Assembly: GCA_042216335.1 (NCBI GenBank)
Contig: JBDGTY010000043.1
Location: 246-35,991, forward strand
Length of the DNA stretch: 35,746 nucleotides
Reading direction: 5' to 3'
From: Candidatus Nanohalobium sp.
Lineage (GTDB): Archaea > Nanohalarchaeota > Nanosalinia > Nanosalinales > Nanosalinaceae
Within the stretch, counting starts at the first letter, position 1. The number at the start of each line of letters is the position of its first letter. A program made the translations under genes and the position numbers. The notes beneath the pieces were generated by a model that saw only the letters and a program-made list of their open reading frames with translations, made no database searches and was not told the origin of the DNA. Positions 16,867 to 26,334 of the stretch are shown here, one piece after another.

Positions 16867-17298
16867 TTACCCCATCATGCTCTGTAACGTGTCCTGTATC
16901 TTTTCTCTGTTCTTTATGGTGTAGTCGCTGCATGAGAGATAGTACCTGCCCTCTCCCTTCTTCCACCTTCCTTCGATCTCGGCCCTAATGGTCAGCGAGC
17001 GGTAAGATGAGGCGCCGTCAGCGTAGACTCCAAGCCTCTTGCAACCCTTCACAAGTATCGACTTTCCCCCTGCGTGAAGCTCCAGGTCGTCAAGATCGGA
17101 GGTCATGAATCCTCCAAGCGGGCCCGAACGTGAGACATCACGTACCTTGCCCTCTACAGAGATATTCTCCGAAACAAAGCTCTCGGGATTTTCCGAAAGT
17201 GATGAAACCGTCGCCCCGCCAGAAGAACCAATAACAAGATACAGAACCGGCAGAACGAGAACTAGAGGAGCAACCAGCCATTTACTGTCCATATTCAT
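16867..17298 (-). CDS. Membrane-anchored hypothetical protein (OB-fold-like)
   Basis: N-terminal TM helix, then TVSSLSENPESFVSENISVEGKV, typical of extracytoplasmic OB-fold proteins. Confidence 0.6.
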   Translation of the reverse strand: MNMDSKWLVAPLVLVLPVLYLVIGSSGGATVSSLSENPESFVSENISVEGKVRDVSRSGPLGGFMTSDLDDLELHAGGKSILVKGCKRLGVYADGASSYRSLTIRAEIEGRWKKGEGRYYLSCSDYTIKNREKIQDTLQSMMG

Positions 17299-17380
17299 GG
17301 CTTAATAGAAACCAGTATAAAAAACTGCCGTGGACTCCGATGCAAAAACAGAGTTGAGAAAGATGATTGAAGGTAAAAAT

Positions 17381-17499
17381 AGTCAGGCAGCGTCCTGATG
17401 CTTCCGCCGCGAGGCAGTACTGATCAGATCGCTGAGGGACTTTACTTCCGTGTTCGGAATGGGTACGGGTGTTGCCCCCTCGCTCTGGCCGCCTGTACT
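17381..17499 (-). rRNA. rrf: 5S rRNA (unlinked)
   Basis: Minus strand CAGGCGGCCAGAGCG...ACACCCGUACCCAUUCCGAACACGGAAGUAAAG...AGUACU...GCUGCCUG; helix I closes; T-run downstream. Confidence 0.95.
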
Positions 17500-17519
17500 C
17501 TAACATACACACCTTACTC

Positions 17520-17526
17520 TTATAAA
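17520..17526 (-). promoter_or_regulatory. TATA box for 5S rRNA
   Basis: TTTATAA about 21-27 nt upstream of the 5S 5' end. Confidence 0.6.
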
Positions 17527-17581
17527 GGGTAAAGGGAAAGAGGGCGGCAGGTTTTTATCGAAGCGTCGAGAAGATAGATGT

Positions 17582-17827
17582 ATGGTCGGAAGAAGCAAAA
17601 GCTGGACGGAAAAGATGGAACACTCAACTATCCTTGATATACTCCAGATTACGGTGTACGCATACTTCGGCTGGATAGCCTATACAAACCTGGGCTACGG
17701 CCAGAGCGATATACTGGTTATAACCACCAACCCTACAGTCATCGCCGTCCAGCTCGCAGTCGTACTCATACTGATCAACCTGGCATTCCTACTACACGAC
17801 AGGATCTCAAGCAGCGGACACCGCTAG
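17582..17827 (+). CDS. Small 2-TM membrane protein
   Basis: Two hydrophobic segments; TTTTTAT about 25 nt upstream. Confidence 0.6.
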   Translation: MVGRSKSWTEKMEHSTILDILQITVYAYFGWIAYTNLGYGQSDILVITTNPTVIAVQLAVVLILINLAFLLHDRISSSGHR

Positions 17828-19149
17828 AAAGTATCGACAAGCTCCTCTAACCTGCCTTCAGGCACCCTGTTCGACACCAGTCCATCCATGTAGAACCCGC
17901 ATCCGATTATCCTGTCCTGGAACCTGAGCGTGACGTATCCCTTCTCAGATAAATCGGCCTCGATCATCCTATTTTCACTGAAATCTTCTAGGTCGCTCTC
18001 CGAAACAGCCACAATGTTTTCAGTTACCTCGTCCTGTAGAAGCTGCAGGAAGTAAGTAGTAGGCTTTAAACCGATATCCATGTCCCTGACAGCCCTGATA
18101 CCCCGAGTCTCCGACTCAAGCCCTGAAATTTCATCAGAACAGAGCCAGTAGTCGCCATTGATTTTCTCCAGATTGACTTTTTCTGGGTCCACACCAAAGC
18201 GTCCCTGCATGTATTCCTCCGCCTTATTTGACGAGCTTGACTCCGAACACTCAGATTCCTCTCTTTCCGGCAGACTACCTGTTTTCCGTAATTTGGCAAC
18301 GTAGATCATCCCGGATTCCATATGGTGCGGGTAGACCCGGACAGTCTTCTGCATCTCCTCTCCAAAGCATTCATCCTCGAAATTTTCTACTCCACGGACG
18401 TGTTCGGCCTCTGTCTCGATCATCTCGAGTTCCAAATCGGTTTCCTCGACTATCTCGGAGACTACTGCCTCGTTCTCCGTCGGTGTCAGAGTGCATGTGG
18501 AGTAGACGACGGTGCCACCCTCCTTCACAAGTCTTCCTGCCTTTTTCAGCAGGTCCTTCTGAAGACTTTGCAGTCCTTTACTCTCTCCTTCGTCCGCTGC
18601 CCTGAAGTTCCTGTAGTATCTGTCTCCCTCGCCTGAGCAGGGTGCGTCGACCAGGACTCTGTCGAACTTTTCATCCTCCGGGATGTTCCTGCCGTCGTAG
18701 TTCGTCGCTTCGATAATCTTGCTTCCGGTTCGGTAGACGTTGGCATGTAAGCTTTTCATCCTCTGCGCCGAGTCGTCGTTGGCCACGATCAAACCCTTGT
18801 TCTCCATCCTGGCCGCCATCTGCGTGCATTTACCTCCGGGCGCTGCACACATATCCAGTACCTTTTCTCCGGGCTGTGGGTCTAGAACTGTGACAGGTAA
18901 CGCGGCCGACTCCTCCTGGACGTAGTACTCTCCGCGCCAGTGCAACATGGATTTTCCGGGCGTCTCGTCGCTGACCCTGTAGACGTTACTGTTCCAGCCA
19001 GATTCTTCAAGGTCGAAAGTTTCCGAAAGTTTGTCCTCAAAATCACTTCGGGCTTTCAGCCGGTTCTTTCTCAGGCCCTGGAGCGGATGCTTTTCGGCCT
19101 GTTGTTTGAATGCCTGCCAGTCGTCGATCAGGGGTTTGTATTTTTCCAT
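17824..19149 (-). CDS. RsmB/NOP2/RsmF-family RNA (cytosine-C5) methyltransferase
   Basis: YYVQE, DMCAAPGGK, DAPCSGEG and YSTCT motifs; C-terminal PUA-like extension. Likely start MEKYKP. Confidence 0.93.
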   Translation of the reverse strand: MEKYKPLIDDWQAFKQQAEKHPLQGLRKNRLKARSDFEDKLSETFDLEESGWNSNVYRVSDETPGKSMLHWRGEYYVQEESAALPVTVLDPQPGEKVLDMCAAPGGKCTQMAARMENKGLIVANDDSAQRMKSLHANVYRTGSKIIEATNYDGRNIPEDEKFDRVLVDAPCSGEGDRYYRNFRAADEGESKGLQSLQKDLLKKAGRLVKEGGTVVYSTCTLTPTENEAVVSEIVEETDLELEMIETEAEHVRGVENFEDECFGEEMQKTVRVYPHHMESGMIYVAKLRKTGSLPEREESECSESSSSNKAEEYMQGRFGVDPEKVNLEKINGDYWLCSDEISGLESETRGIRAVRDMDIGLKPTTYFLQLLQDEVTENIVAVSESDLEDFSENRMIEADLSEKGYVTLRFQDRIIGCGFYMDGLVSNRVPEGRLEELVDTF

Positions 19150-19210
19150 GGATTTCTCTGGTGGAGTAAGGTTTTTAGCGATATAAGTTTTTACTGAAAC
19201 TCTCATAGGT

Positions 19211-19960
19211 ATGGCGAGCTGGCAGGACTGGAAGCCGGAGGCAGAAGTAGAGGCTGGAGACAGTGAAGACAGCGAGGAGTCAGAAGAGGACAAAGAGTTC
19301 AGTGATGTGGTCGAGGACGCCACCCAGGAACCAGGCAGGAGTGTTGAGAAGGTTTTGGAGGATATCGATAATGTAGGGGATGAGATCAACGGTGAGATGT
19401 CTATAAGCAGTGCAGATGTTACCTCCTTTGCAAGAGGTTTTCCTGGAAGCACTCAGAGAAGGAAGAAAGCGTTGATCACTGGTGCAGCAAGGAATGGAGG
19501 GAGAGGAGACCATGAGGAAGTCCTGGACTACTTCAGAGAGGAACTCGTGGAAGGAAGAGGTGTTTATGATGATGAAGAGGAGATGTTAGCATCGTTCAGA
19601 CAGGTGTTCACCGACCCTGACTTTGAGAAATACCAGGTCAAGTCTTCCTCAAACCCCGGGCTTGAGCACGAGTACGACAAACTGAAATCATTCTTCAGGG
19701 ATCCTCGCGAAAACGAATTCTTTGCTGATGAGGATGCAGTACTTCAGAGAGAAGAGGTTTTTGGCGAAAAATACCTGGTTTACAGGCTTGGAGGCCGACG
19801 CAACACAGGAGAGGAAGAAGCTTCCGAGTACAGCCAGTTCAAGCAGGAAATCGATGTTCAAGACATATACGAGGAAGGTCTGGCAGGAAAGCTAAGGCCG
19901 GACGGCAGAAGAAGCAAGGGAGAAGTCTACATATACATACCACAGTCAGAGCTCGAATAA
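19211..19960 (+). CDS. Acidic hypothetical protein
   Basis: 249-aa ORF with host-like codon usage and a D/E-rich N-terminus. Confidence 0.7.
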   Translation: MASWQDWKPEAEVEAGDSEDSEESEEDKEFSDVVEDATQEPGRSVEKVLEDIDNVGDEINGEMSISSADVTSFARGFPGSTQRRKKALITGAARNGGRGDHEEVLDYFREELVEGRGVYDDEEEMLASFRQVFTDPDFEKYQVKSSSNPGLEHEYDKLKSFFRDPRENEFFADEDAVLQREEVFGEKYLVYRLGGRRNTGEEEASEYSQFKQEIDVQDIYEEGLAGKLRPDGRRSKGEVYIYIPQSELE

Positions 19961-19964
19961 CCGG

Positions 19965-20531
19965 CTACAGATCACTCAGCTTCTGCTGGCCTGTATCCTC
20001 CTTCCCGAACGCCTTTCTTAAGTCTTTTTCCAGGTCCGGGGTCTTCGACCGGTCGTAGAGCGTGGCCGCAGGATGATATATCGGCATTATCTTCCTGCCT
20101 TCCCGTGTGAAGATCCTGCCGTGGATGCTGGTGATGCCTTTCTTCGTGTCCAGCATCTGCTTCGAGGCGAAGTTGCCGAGCGTCAGTATTATGTCCGGGT
20201 CGACGTTCTCTATCTCCTCTTCCAGTAGCGGTGCCCAGGCCTCGATCTCCTCCTTTTTCGGGTCCCGGTTGTCGGGAGGCCGGATCTTAACCAGGTTCGT
20301 GATGTATAGATCGGATCTGTCCACGCCGATGTCATGGAGAACATCGTTCATCTTCTCACCGGCTCTACCGACGAAAGGTTCTCCCTCCTCGACCTCGTTG
20401 GCTCCCGGCGCCTCACCTACCAGCATCACATCTGCGTCTTCCGGTCCGACAGCAGGGACAAAACGCTCCTCATCCATGTAGTTGGGATGCAGTGTCTCGA
20501 AGAAATCCGAGTATTTCTGTTTGAAGTCCAT
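19965..20531 (-). CDS. udg: Uracil-DNA glycosylase family 4 (no cysteines)
   Basis: GEAPG..E...GEPFVG, TNLVKIRPP and YHPAA motifs. Likely start MDFKQ. Confidence 0.9.
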   Translation of the reverse strand: MDFKQKYSDFFETLHPNYMDEERFVPAVGPEDADVMLVGEAPGANEVEEGEPFVGRAGEKMNDVLHDIGVDRSDLYITNLVKIRPPDNRDPKKEEIEAWAPLLEEEIENVDPDIILTLGNFASKQMLDTKKGITSIHGRIFTREGRKIMPIYHPAATLYDRSKTPDLEKDLRKAFGKEDTGQQKLSDL

Positions 20532-20582
20532 GGTTGAAGGTTTGTGGAAAGAGTTTTTAGATTTAGCCGGGGATTCCTGTCT

Positions 20583-21107
20583 ATGGACTCGGAGATTCTC
20601 GCGGGCCTGATGTCGCTCCTGACGGCAACCGCTGGTTTTCTCGGCATGCCTCTGGACGACGCACAGAAACAGAACCCGGTAGAAAAGGACAGCGACAACC
20701 TTGAACTTGGTTCGGCTCATGAGCACGCTCAGTTCTTCTTGAATGTTGACGGAAAGGAGGTCAACTTCACGCAGAGGAGATTCCAGGTGAGGTCTCAATA
20801 TGTACACCTTGAGAACTTCAAACCGCACATCGTGCACAAGCATAGCGAGAATGTGACCTGGAGCATGTTCATGAACACTATCAACGTTGGAGTCAACAGG
20901 AGCAGCGGATGCACCAGCTTCAAGGGCAGGGAGAGATGTGGAAATCTTTCAGTAGTTCTAAACGGGGAGGAAGCTAATCTTTCCAGTGAGATCCAGCAGG
21001 GCGATAACCTGGCGATCCTCGTCAACGCCAGCGAACTCTCCGAAGACTACATGAGTGAGAGGTTGCCGGATGATTACACGAAAAGAGTTCCAACCAAAGT
21101 CCTCTAA
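20583..21107 (+). CDS. Exported His-motif hypothetical protein
   Basis: N-terminal hydrophobic segment; HEHAQF...VHLE...VHKH; likely start MDSEIL. Confidence 0.65.
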   Translation: MDSEILAGLMSLLTATAGFLGMPLDDAQKQNPVEKDSDNLELGSAHEHAQFFLNVDGKEVNFTQRRFQVRSQYVHLENFKPHIVHKHSENVTWSMFMNTINVGVNRSSGCTSFKGRERCGNLSVVLNGEEANLSSEIQQGDNLAILVNASELSEDYMSERLPDDYTKRVPTKVL

Positions 21108-21148
21108 ACCCAGATAATTTTAAGTCGTGAAACCGGTAATTCTACTTC

Positions 21149-22504
21149 ATGAAAGAGTTTGACGCGATCGTGATAGGAGCAGGTTCAGGGCTGGACGTGG
21201 CATCCGGGTACGCAAATCAGGGTAAAGATGTAGCAGTGGTGGAGCCTGGGCCGCTCGGAGGCACATGCCTTAACCGTGGATGCATACCCTCGAAGATGCT
21301 GATACATCACGCAGATATAGTCGAGGAAGTGGAGAACTCGGAGAGGTTCCATATCGATGCCGAAGTCAACGGTATCAAGTTCGAAAAGATAATAGAAGAG
21401 GTCAACGAGGAAGTAAGTGGAGATGCGGAAAATATACGGAAAGGAGTCGAGGCATCCGAGAACCACACACTGTTCCGGGAGGAGGCACGGTTCGTCGACG
21501 AGAAGGTATTAGAGGTCGGAGATGAACAAATTTCCTCCGATACAATTGTGGTGGCGGCTGGCTCACGGCCGATGGTTCCTCCTGTCGACGGACTGGAGGA
21601 AGTCGACTATCTTACATCTAGGGATGCACTGGAACTCGAGGAACTTCCCGATGAGATGGTGATCATAGGCGGTGGCTACATCTCGATGGAGCTGGCCTAC
21701 TTCTACAGCAGGATGGGAACCGAGATAACCATACTCGAGATGCAGGACAGATTGCTGGCACGGGAAGACAGGGAGATTTCCGAAACAATAACAGAGATCG
21801 CCAGTGAAGAGTACGACGTCAACCTCGGGTTCGCCGCTTCCGAAGTAGAGCAGGACGGAGACAGAATAATAGTCAGGGCAGAGAACAAGAAAGGCGACAA
21901 GAGAACTTTTGAAGGAGACGAACTTCTCGTCGCAGCCGGAAGAAGACCGAACACCGACAAGCTCGAGGTCGAGAACGCAGGTATCGAGACGACGGAGAGA
22001 GGATTTATTGAGACAGATGAATACATGGAGACCTCCATAGACGGGATCTACGCCCTGGGAGATATCGCAGACAACTGGATGTTCAAACATTCCGCCAACC
22101 TTGAGGCAGAGGCCACTTTCAGGAACTCTAAAGGCGGAGAAGAGCCATTGGATGACTATGCAATGCCGCACGCCGTCTTCACACATCCTCAGATCGCCGG
22201 AGTAGGGAAGACCGAACAGGAACTGGAGGAGGAAGACAAAAGATACGTTTCAGCCACCTACGACTACAGCAACACAGGCATGGGTATGGCGATGAAGGAG
22301 GAAGACGGATTCGTCAAGGTGCTAGCCGATGCAGAAGGAGAGATAATGGGCTGCCACATCATAGGGCCGGAGGCCTCAACACTTATCCATGAGGTCCTGG
22401 TGGCGATGAGAGCCGGAGACTCTAATGTAGAAGATATTCGGGATACGATCCACATCCATCCTGCGTTGAACGAGGTAGTTCAGAGGGCTTTCAACCAGAT
22501 CTGA
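21149..22504 (+). CDS. Pyridine nucleotide-disulfide oxidoreductase (dihydrolipoamide dehydrogenase/mycothione reductase-like)
   Basis: GAGSG, GGTCLNRGCIPSK, GGGYI and HIHPALNE motifs. Confidence 0.92.
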   Translation: MKEFDAIVIGAGSGLDVASGYANQGKDVAVVEPGPLGGTCLNRGCIPSKMLIHHADIVEEVENSERFHIDAEVNGIKFEKIIEEVNEEVSGDAENIRKGVEASENHTLFREEARFVDEKVLEVGDEQISSDTIVVAAGSRPMVPPVDGLEEVDYLTSRDALELEELPDEMVIIGGGYISMELAYFYSRMGTEITILEMQDRLLAREDREISETITEIASEEYDVNLGFAASEVEQDGDRIIVRAENKKGDKRTFEGDELLVAAGRRPNTDKLEVENAGIETTERGFIETDEYMETSIDGIYALGDIADNWMFKHSANLEAEATFRNSKGGEEPLDDYAMPHAVFTHPQIAGVGKTEQELEEEDKRYVSATYDYSNTGMGMAMKEEDGFVKVLADAEGEIMGCHIIGPEASTLIHEVLVAMRAGDSNVEDIRDTIHIHPALNEVVQRAFNQI

Positions 22505-22509
22505 TAGTT

Positions 22510-23160
22510 ATGAAGGTTTCAGGCAGCGAGATGCGTGAGATGGATAGAAAAGCGATTGAGGAGTACGGGATAGATGCCTCGAAGCTGATGGAGAACGCAG
22601 GATTCCGTATCGCGGATTTCATGATTGAAAAGTTCGAGCGGGAGGACTCCATCTGCGTTTTTACCGGCAAGGGCAACAACGGAGGTGATGCGCTGGTCGC
22701 GGCGAGGAACCTGTCGAACCACGGGTTTGATGTCAGCGTGGTGCTGGCCGAGGAGCCGGAAAATCTGTGCCGGGGAGAGCTGGAGACTCTCAGAGAGATG
22801 GACTTCGATACCCATGGACCGGAGGATGTACCCGATTTTGAAGTGGCATTGGACGGCCTACTGGGCTACAGCATCGAAGGCGACCCCCGACCTCCGTACG
22901 ACGACCTGATCGAAAAGGTGAACTCGGCAGAAAAAGTTGTTTCAGTGGATATCCCTACAGGAGTGAATCCCAGCGGAGAGGTTTCAGAATCTTCAGTCGA
23001 ACCGGACTACACGGTGACGCTGGCAGCTCCCTTCATCGGCATGAACCAGGAGAACTCCGGAGACATCATCGTGGCCGATATATCTATCCCGAGAGAAGTA
23101 TACGAAGAGGAAAACGTGGATTACCCTTTCAAAGACCGCTGCCTCGTCGAGATCAACTAG
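22510..23160 (+). CDS. nnrE: NAD(P)H-hydrate epimerase (YjeF N-domain)
   Basis: LMENAG, GKGNNGGD, DGLLG and VDIPTG motifs. Confidence 0.92.
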   Translation: MKVSGSEMREMDRKAIEEYGIDASKLMENAGFRIADFMIEKFEREDSICVFTGKGNNGGDALVAARNLSNHGFDVSVVLAEEPENLCRGELETLREMDFDTHGPEDVPDFEVALDGLLGYSIEGDPRPPYDDLIEKVNSAEKVVSVDIPTGVNPSGEVSESSVEPDYTVTLAAPFIGMNQENSGDIIVADISIPREVYEEENVDYPFKDRCLVEIN

Positions 23161-23163
23161 GCT

Positions 23164-23514
23164 TCAATCCTGGAACTCCTCGTAGACCTCGTCAATCTTG
23201 GAGGCCATTATGAAGTCGTTTTCGTGTAACCCGTCAATCTTGTGGGTGTAGAGCCTGACTGTGGCTTTTCCCCAGGTGAAGTCGTTGATGACCGGGTGGT
23301 GCCCCTGCTCCTCGGCGATCCCTCCAACCCAGTTAACGAAGTCGAGCGCTTCCTGGAAGTCCTCGAACTCGAACTGGCGTTCGATATGATGGTTTTCCAC
23401 CATCTCCCACTCATCGTCGATTTCATCCATCTTTTCCAGTGCTTCAGTCGCCTTCAGTTTTTCCGCGTCGCCGCTGCATGCAGTACAGACCTGCTGGGAA
23501 AGATCATCTGACAT
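23164..23514 (-). CDS. Pterin-4-alpha-carbinolamine dehydratase
   Basis: FEDF..A..FVN, AEEQGHHP and THKIDGLHENDFIMA motifs. Confidence 0.92.
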   Translation of the reverse strand: MSDDLSQQVCTACSGDAEKLKATEALEKMDEIDDEWEMVENHHIERQFEFEDFQEALDFVNWVGGIAEEQGHHPVINDFTWGKATVRLYTHKIDGLHENDFIMASKIDEVYEEFQD

Positions 23515-23600
23515 GTTAAACTACATGTACTGGAGGAACTTGAAACTGGAGGTGTCATCAGACAGTGACACATTTATGCTTTGAGCTATGTTTACTGTGT

Positions 23601-24065
23601 ATGGTTGAGGAACTTATCAAGCAAGTTGAAAACCTGAACCTTGAAGTCGATATCTCGGGTATAGAGCCAGGAGAGGAGCTCTACCAGATAGAGAGGGAAG
23701 ATGTCGGGAAAGAGGTCGAAGTATCCCAGGACGAGAGGGAGGCCGCGGAGGCAGTCCTGGCTTTCCACTACTACGCAGAGCAGGAAGTTGACGGCGAGAA
23801 AACCCAGGAAGCCCTCGACAACATCAGCGATTTCAGAGACGAGGAGGTCATAGAACCAGAACTGGAGTTCCTCTACGATGAAAACTACCTTGAAGACATG
23901 ATGAGGAAGCTCGAGGACAGGAACATGAACAAGAAGATATCCGAGTTCCAGGAGGACGATGCAACAGAACGAGACGACTTCGTGGATATGGAGGAAGAAC
24001 TCATAAACTACCTGATAGGCGAGAAGTACAGCAGAGAAAGCTCAGAAAACAGCGGACTCTTCTAG
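23601..24065 (+). CDS. Acidic hypothetical protein
   Basis: Host-like codon usage; likely start MVEEL. Confidence 0.65.
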   Translation: MVEELIKQVENLNLEVDISGIEPGEELYQIEREDVGKEVEVSQDEREAAEAVLAFHYYAEQEVDGEKTQEALDNISDFRDEEVIEPELEFLYDENYLEDMMRKLEDRNMNKKISEFQEDDATERDDFVDMEEELINYLIGEKYSRESSENSGLF

Positions 24066-24788
24066 ATAATCGGACGCAACGGAAGGCCCGTAATCCACAC
24101 CTTTCTCGATCTCTCCCGTGAGGTAATCCTCGACCTGTCGAGGCCCTTTCTCCGGCGCATCCTCTCCCATAACCGCCACACTGTAGTCGAAATCGCCGAT
24201 AGAACCTTCCTCAAGGTATGAGTTCTCCTCGATCTCTATGTTGTCAATCTCACGGTACTCGTCAAGTATCTCCTCCGCCTCATCCTCTATCTCATCGGTT
24301 ATCTCCGAGTCGATATCCAGCCCCAGAGAATCCAGCTCGCGCTCCTTACTGCTCTCCGCGTATGGATAGCTGGAGTTCTCCTCTGGAAAGAAGCTGGAAA
24401 GTATCAACTCTGTCTCACCCTCAACCGATTTCACTCCTTCCCAGATGGTGCCATCCAGCTTCTCCGCGAACCTGTCGGACACATCGAACTCATCCTGAGC
24501 CCACTCATCCAGAGAGTTGTTGAACTGCTTGACATGGATAAGCTCGTGGAGAATCGTCCTCCTCTGCTCCTCCTCAGATTGTTTGAAGAAGTTCCGGAAG
24601 TCGAAGTCTATTCGTAGTTTGGAACCTGCCTTGCTGGTCCTTGCGTTGACGTAGGTGCCGAGGTACTTCACACCAACCTCGTCCAGCTCCTGCTCGATGT
24701 CCAGGCCATAGTCCTCCGCTACCTGGAAGACTCTCTCCCTTATCTTTTCTTCACGAGGTTTTGCTGTCTGGACAGGCGCGAGGGACAT
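24042..24788 (-). CDS. HExxH zincin-like putative metallopeptidase
   Basis: RTILHELIHVKQ with a downstream EG.TE. Likely start MSLAP. Confidence 0.7.
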   Translation of the reverse strand: MSLAPVQTAKPREEKIRERVFQVAEDYGLDIEQELDEVGVKYLGTYVNARTSKAGSKLRIDFDFRNFFKQSEEEQRRTILHELIHVKQFNNSLDEWAQDEFDVSDRFAEKLDGTIWEGVKSVEGETELILSSFFPEENSSYPYAESSKERELDSLGLDIDSEITDEIEDEAEEILDEYREIDNIEIEENSYLEEGSIGDFDYSVAVMGEDAPEKGPRQVEDYLTGEIEKGVDYGPSVASDYLEESAVF

Positions 24789-24860
24789 ATCTCGTTCATG
24801 GTTCGCAAATCTATTGAAACTACAGGCCAGTTGATCACACCTTGGCCGAATCAATCCTCC

Positions 24861-25380
24861 ATGAAGACCTGGCTCCTCGGGGTACTCGGTTATATCTCCG
24901 ATGTGAACCCAACTTCCTTCGACAAGACGATGATGAACCATTACGTGGATGCCCTGCGAATACGGTGGAAGATGTAGTGACGAGCGTAACGATCTTCATG
25001 GTCACATCTGACGACCCGTTCAATCTGCCCGGGATGAACCAAGGTGTCAAACTGCCTAGGCTTTCCACAGTCCTCGGCGTCACCTACAGCCTCCTTGTCA
25101 AGGTCTCCGTCGCTGATATATTAGTTATCGCGCTATCCTCGACCATAGACTTCTTCGCGGCAGGATCTTGATAGCCGCCGTCTTCGGCGCCTCAGGAACA
25201 TTTTTGCTGTACTCTGCTCTGAAGACAGGGAAAGCGTCACAGCTCTACCCTTTGAAAGGTACCAGTCCGTGTCCATACTGTTAATCGCGACAACGTTCCT
25301 AGACGAGAAGGCCACAAGGCGGAACATTCTCGGCATATCACCGGTTTTGTCGGCATTTACCGGTGCAGCTCTAGATCTTA
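24861..25380 (+). pseudogene. Decayed EamA/DMT-family transporter
   Basis: Fragments in shifting frames: MKTWLLGVLGY...FDKTMMNHY; VLGVTYSLLVKVSV; AAVFGASGTFLLYSALKTGKASQLYPL; FLDEKATRRNILGI. Confidence 0.65.
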
Positions 25381-25464
25381 GGTTTTACCAGGTAAGGTGT
25401 CCGTCCTATCTTTGAACAATCAAGATATCGACTTATTTATTGCTTATCGATAACTACAGTTACA

Positions 25465-26334
25465 GTGAATGACATACAATTGGCTGAGGAGTATGCAGAA
25501 ACCATAGTAAGTTTAGAGAAAGAAAGTGCCAAATATGGGTTTCTAAAAGAATACTGGCAAGAAGCCACAGGTATACTAGAGGAACAGATACAAAAAGGCA
25601 ATAGCTGGACTAAATCATCAGGTACAAATACCGGAGCAGTCTACAACTTATTTGAAGACGAATTCAAAATTCTAGATAGCAAGGGATTTGAGAAAAGTTA
25701 TCATATTGAAATAGGAATGGAAGAACTAAACATACTTAGAGAAAGAATCAGAAAACACTTCGAAAGAGGGTACGATGAGACCGAGCTTATAGCCATCCTT
25801 AAATCAAAGTCCGAAGAATCTCCCCTATCTTCCCGAGAACTAAGAGAAAGAGATGACACACCTACTGAGACACCCTATATCAACCAATTCGGAAGCCTAA
25901 ATAACGCATACTGGAGAGCAGGAATAGAGACGGAAGAAAGATACGATCGAGAAATATTAATCGAGGAATATCTAAAGAAGTTGCACGAGGAAAATATAGG
26001 AACAGATCTGTTACTTCACACTCCCTCCTTGGGCTCCGATAGTATGCCGTCCAACAGAACATATAGGAATCACTTTAAAGACATTGAGGAACTTAGAGTA
26101 GCAGCAAGTTCACAACTGATAGCAGATATTGATGAGGAACTTGAAAACTGGCACTTCATAATACACTCTCCATTGAATCTGGAGATAGGAGCATACAGTG
26201 GAAAAACACTGATAGACCAGGCGAACTACGCTCCGGAAAATCCGGAAGATCTGAAATCAGTTTATCCTAGACTGAAGGCAGAACATCCAAGGGTAAGAAA
26301 CAGAGATCGAGTACGTGAAAACCCAAATGACTAA
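25465..26334 (+). CDS. Protein with two homing-endonuclease-associated (HNH_repeat-like) repeats
   Basis: YDETELI...PTETPYINQFGSLNNAYWRAGI and YDREILI...PSNRTYRNHFKDIEELRVAA; AT-rich. Confidence 0.6.
   Translation: MNDIQLAEEYAETIVSLEKESAKYGFLKEYWQEATGILEEQIQKGNSWTKSSGTNTGAVYNLFEDEFKILDSKGFEKSYHIEIGMEELNILRERIRKHFERGYDETELIAILKSKSEESPLSSRELRERDDTPTETPYINQFGSLNNAYWRAGIETEERYDREILIEEYLKKLHEENIGTDLLLHTPSLGSDSMPSNRTYRNHFKDIEELRVAASSQLIADIDEELENWHFIIHSPLNLEIGAYSGKTLIDQANYAPENPEDLKSVYPRLKAEHPRVRNRDRVRENPND

Noticed and set aside
17282-17512. 76-aa minus-strand ORF
   Set aside because: It coincides with the 5S rRNA gene.
19150-19452. Ser-rich N-terminal extension of the methyltransferase ORF
   Set aside because: It is the antisense shadow of the acidic gene at 19211 and crosses the divergent promoter.
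20532-20843. N-terminal extension of the UDG ORF, which would supply a Cys
   Set aside because: It is antisense to the 20583 gene and crosses the intergenic promoter; it has no CxxC.
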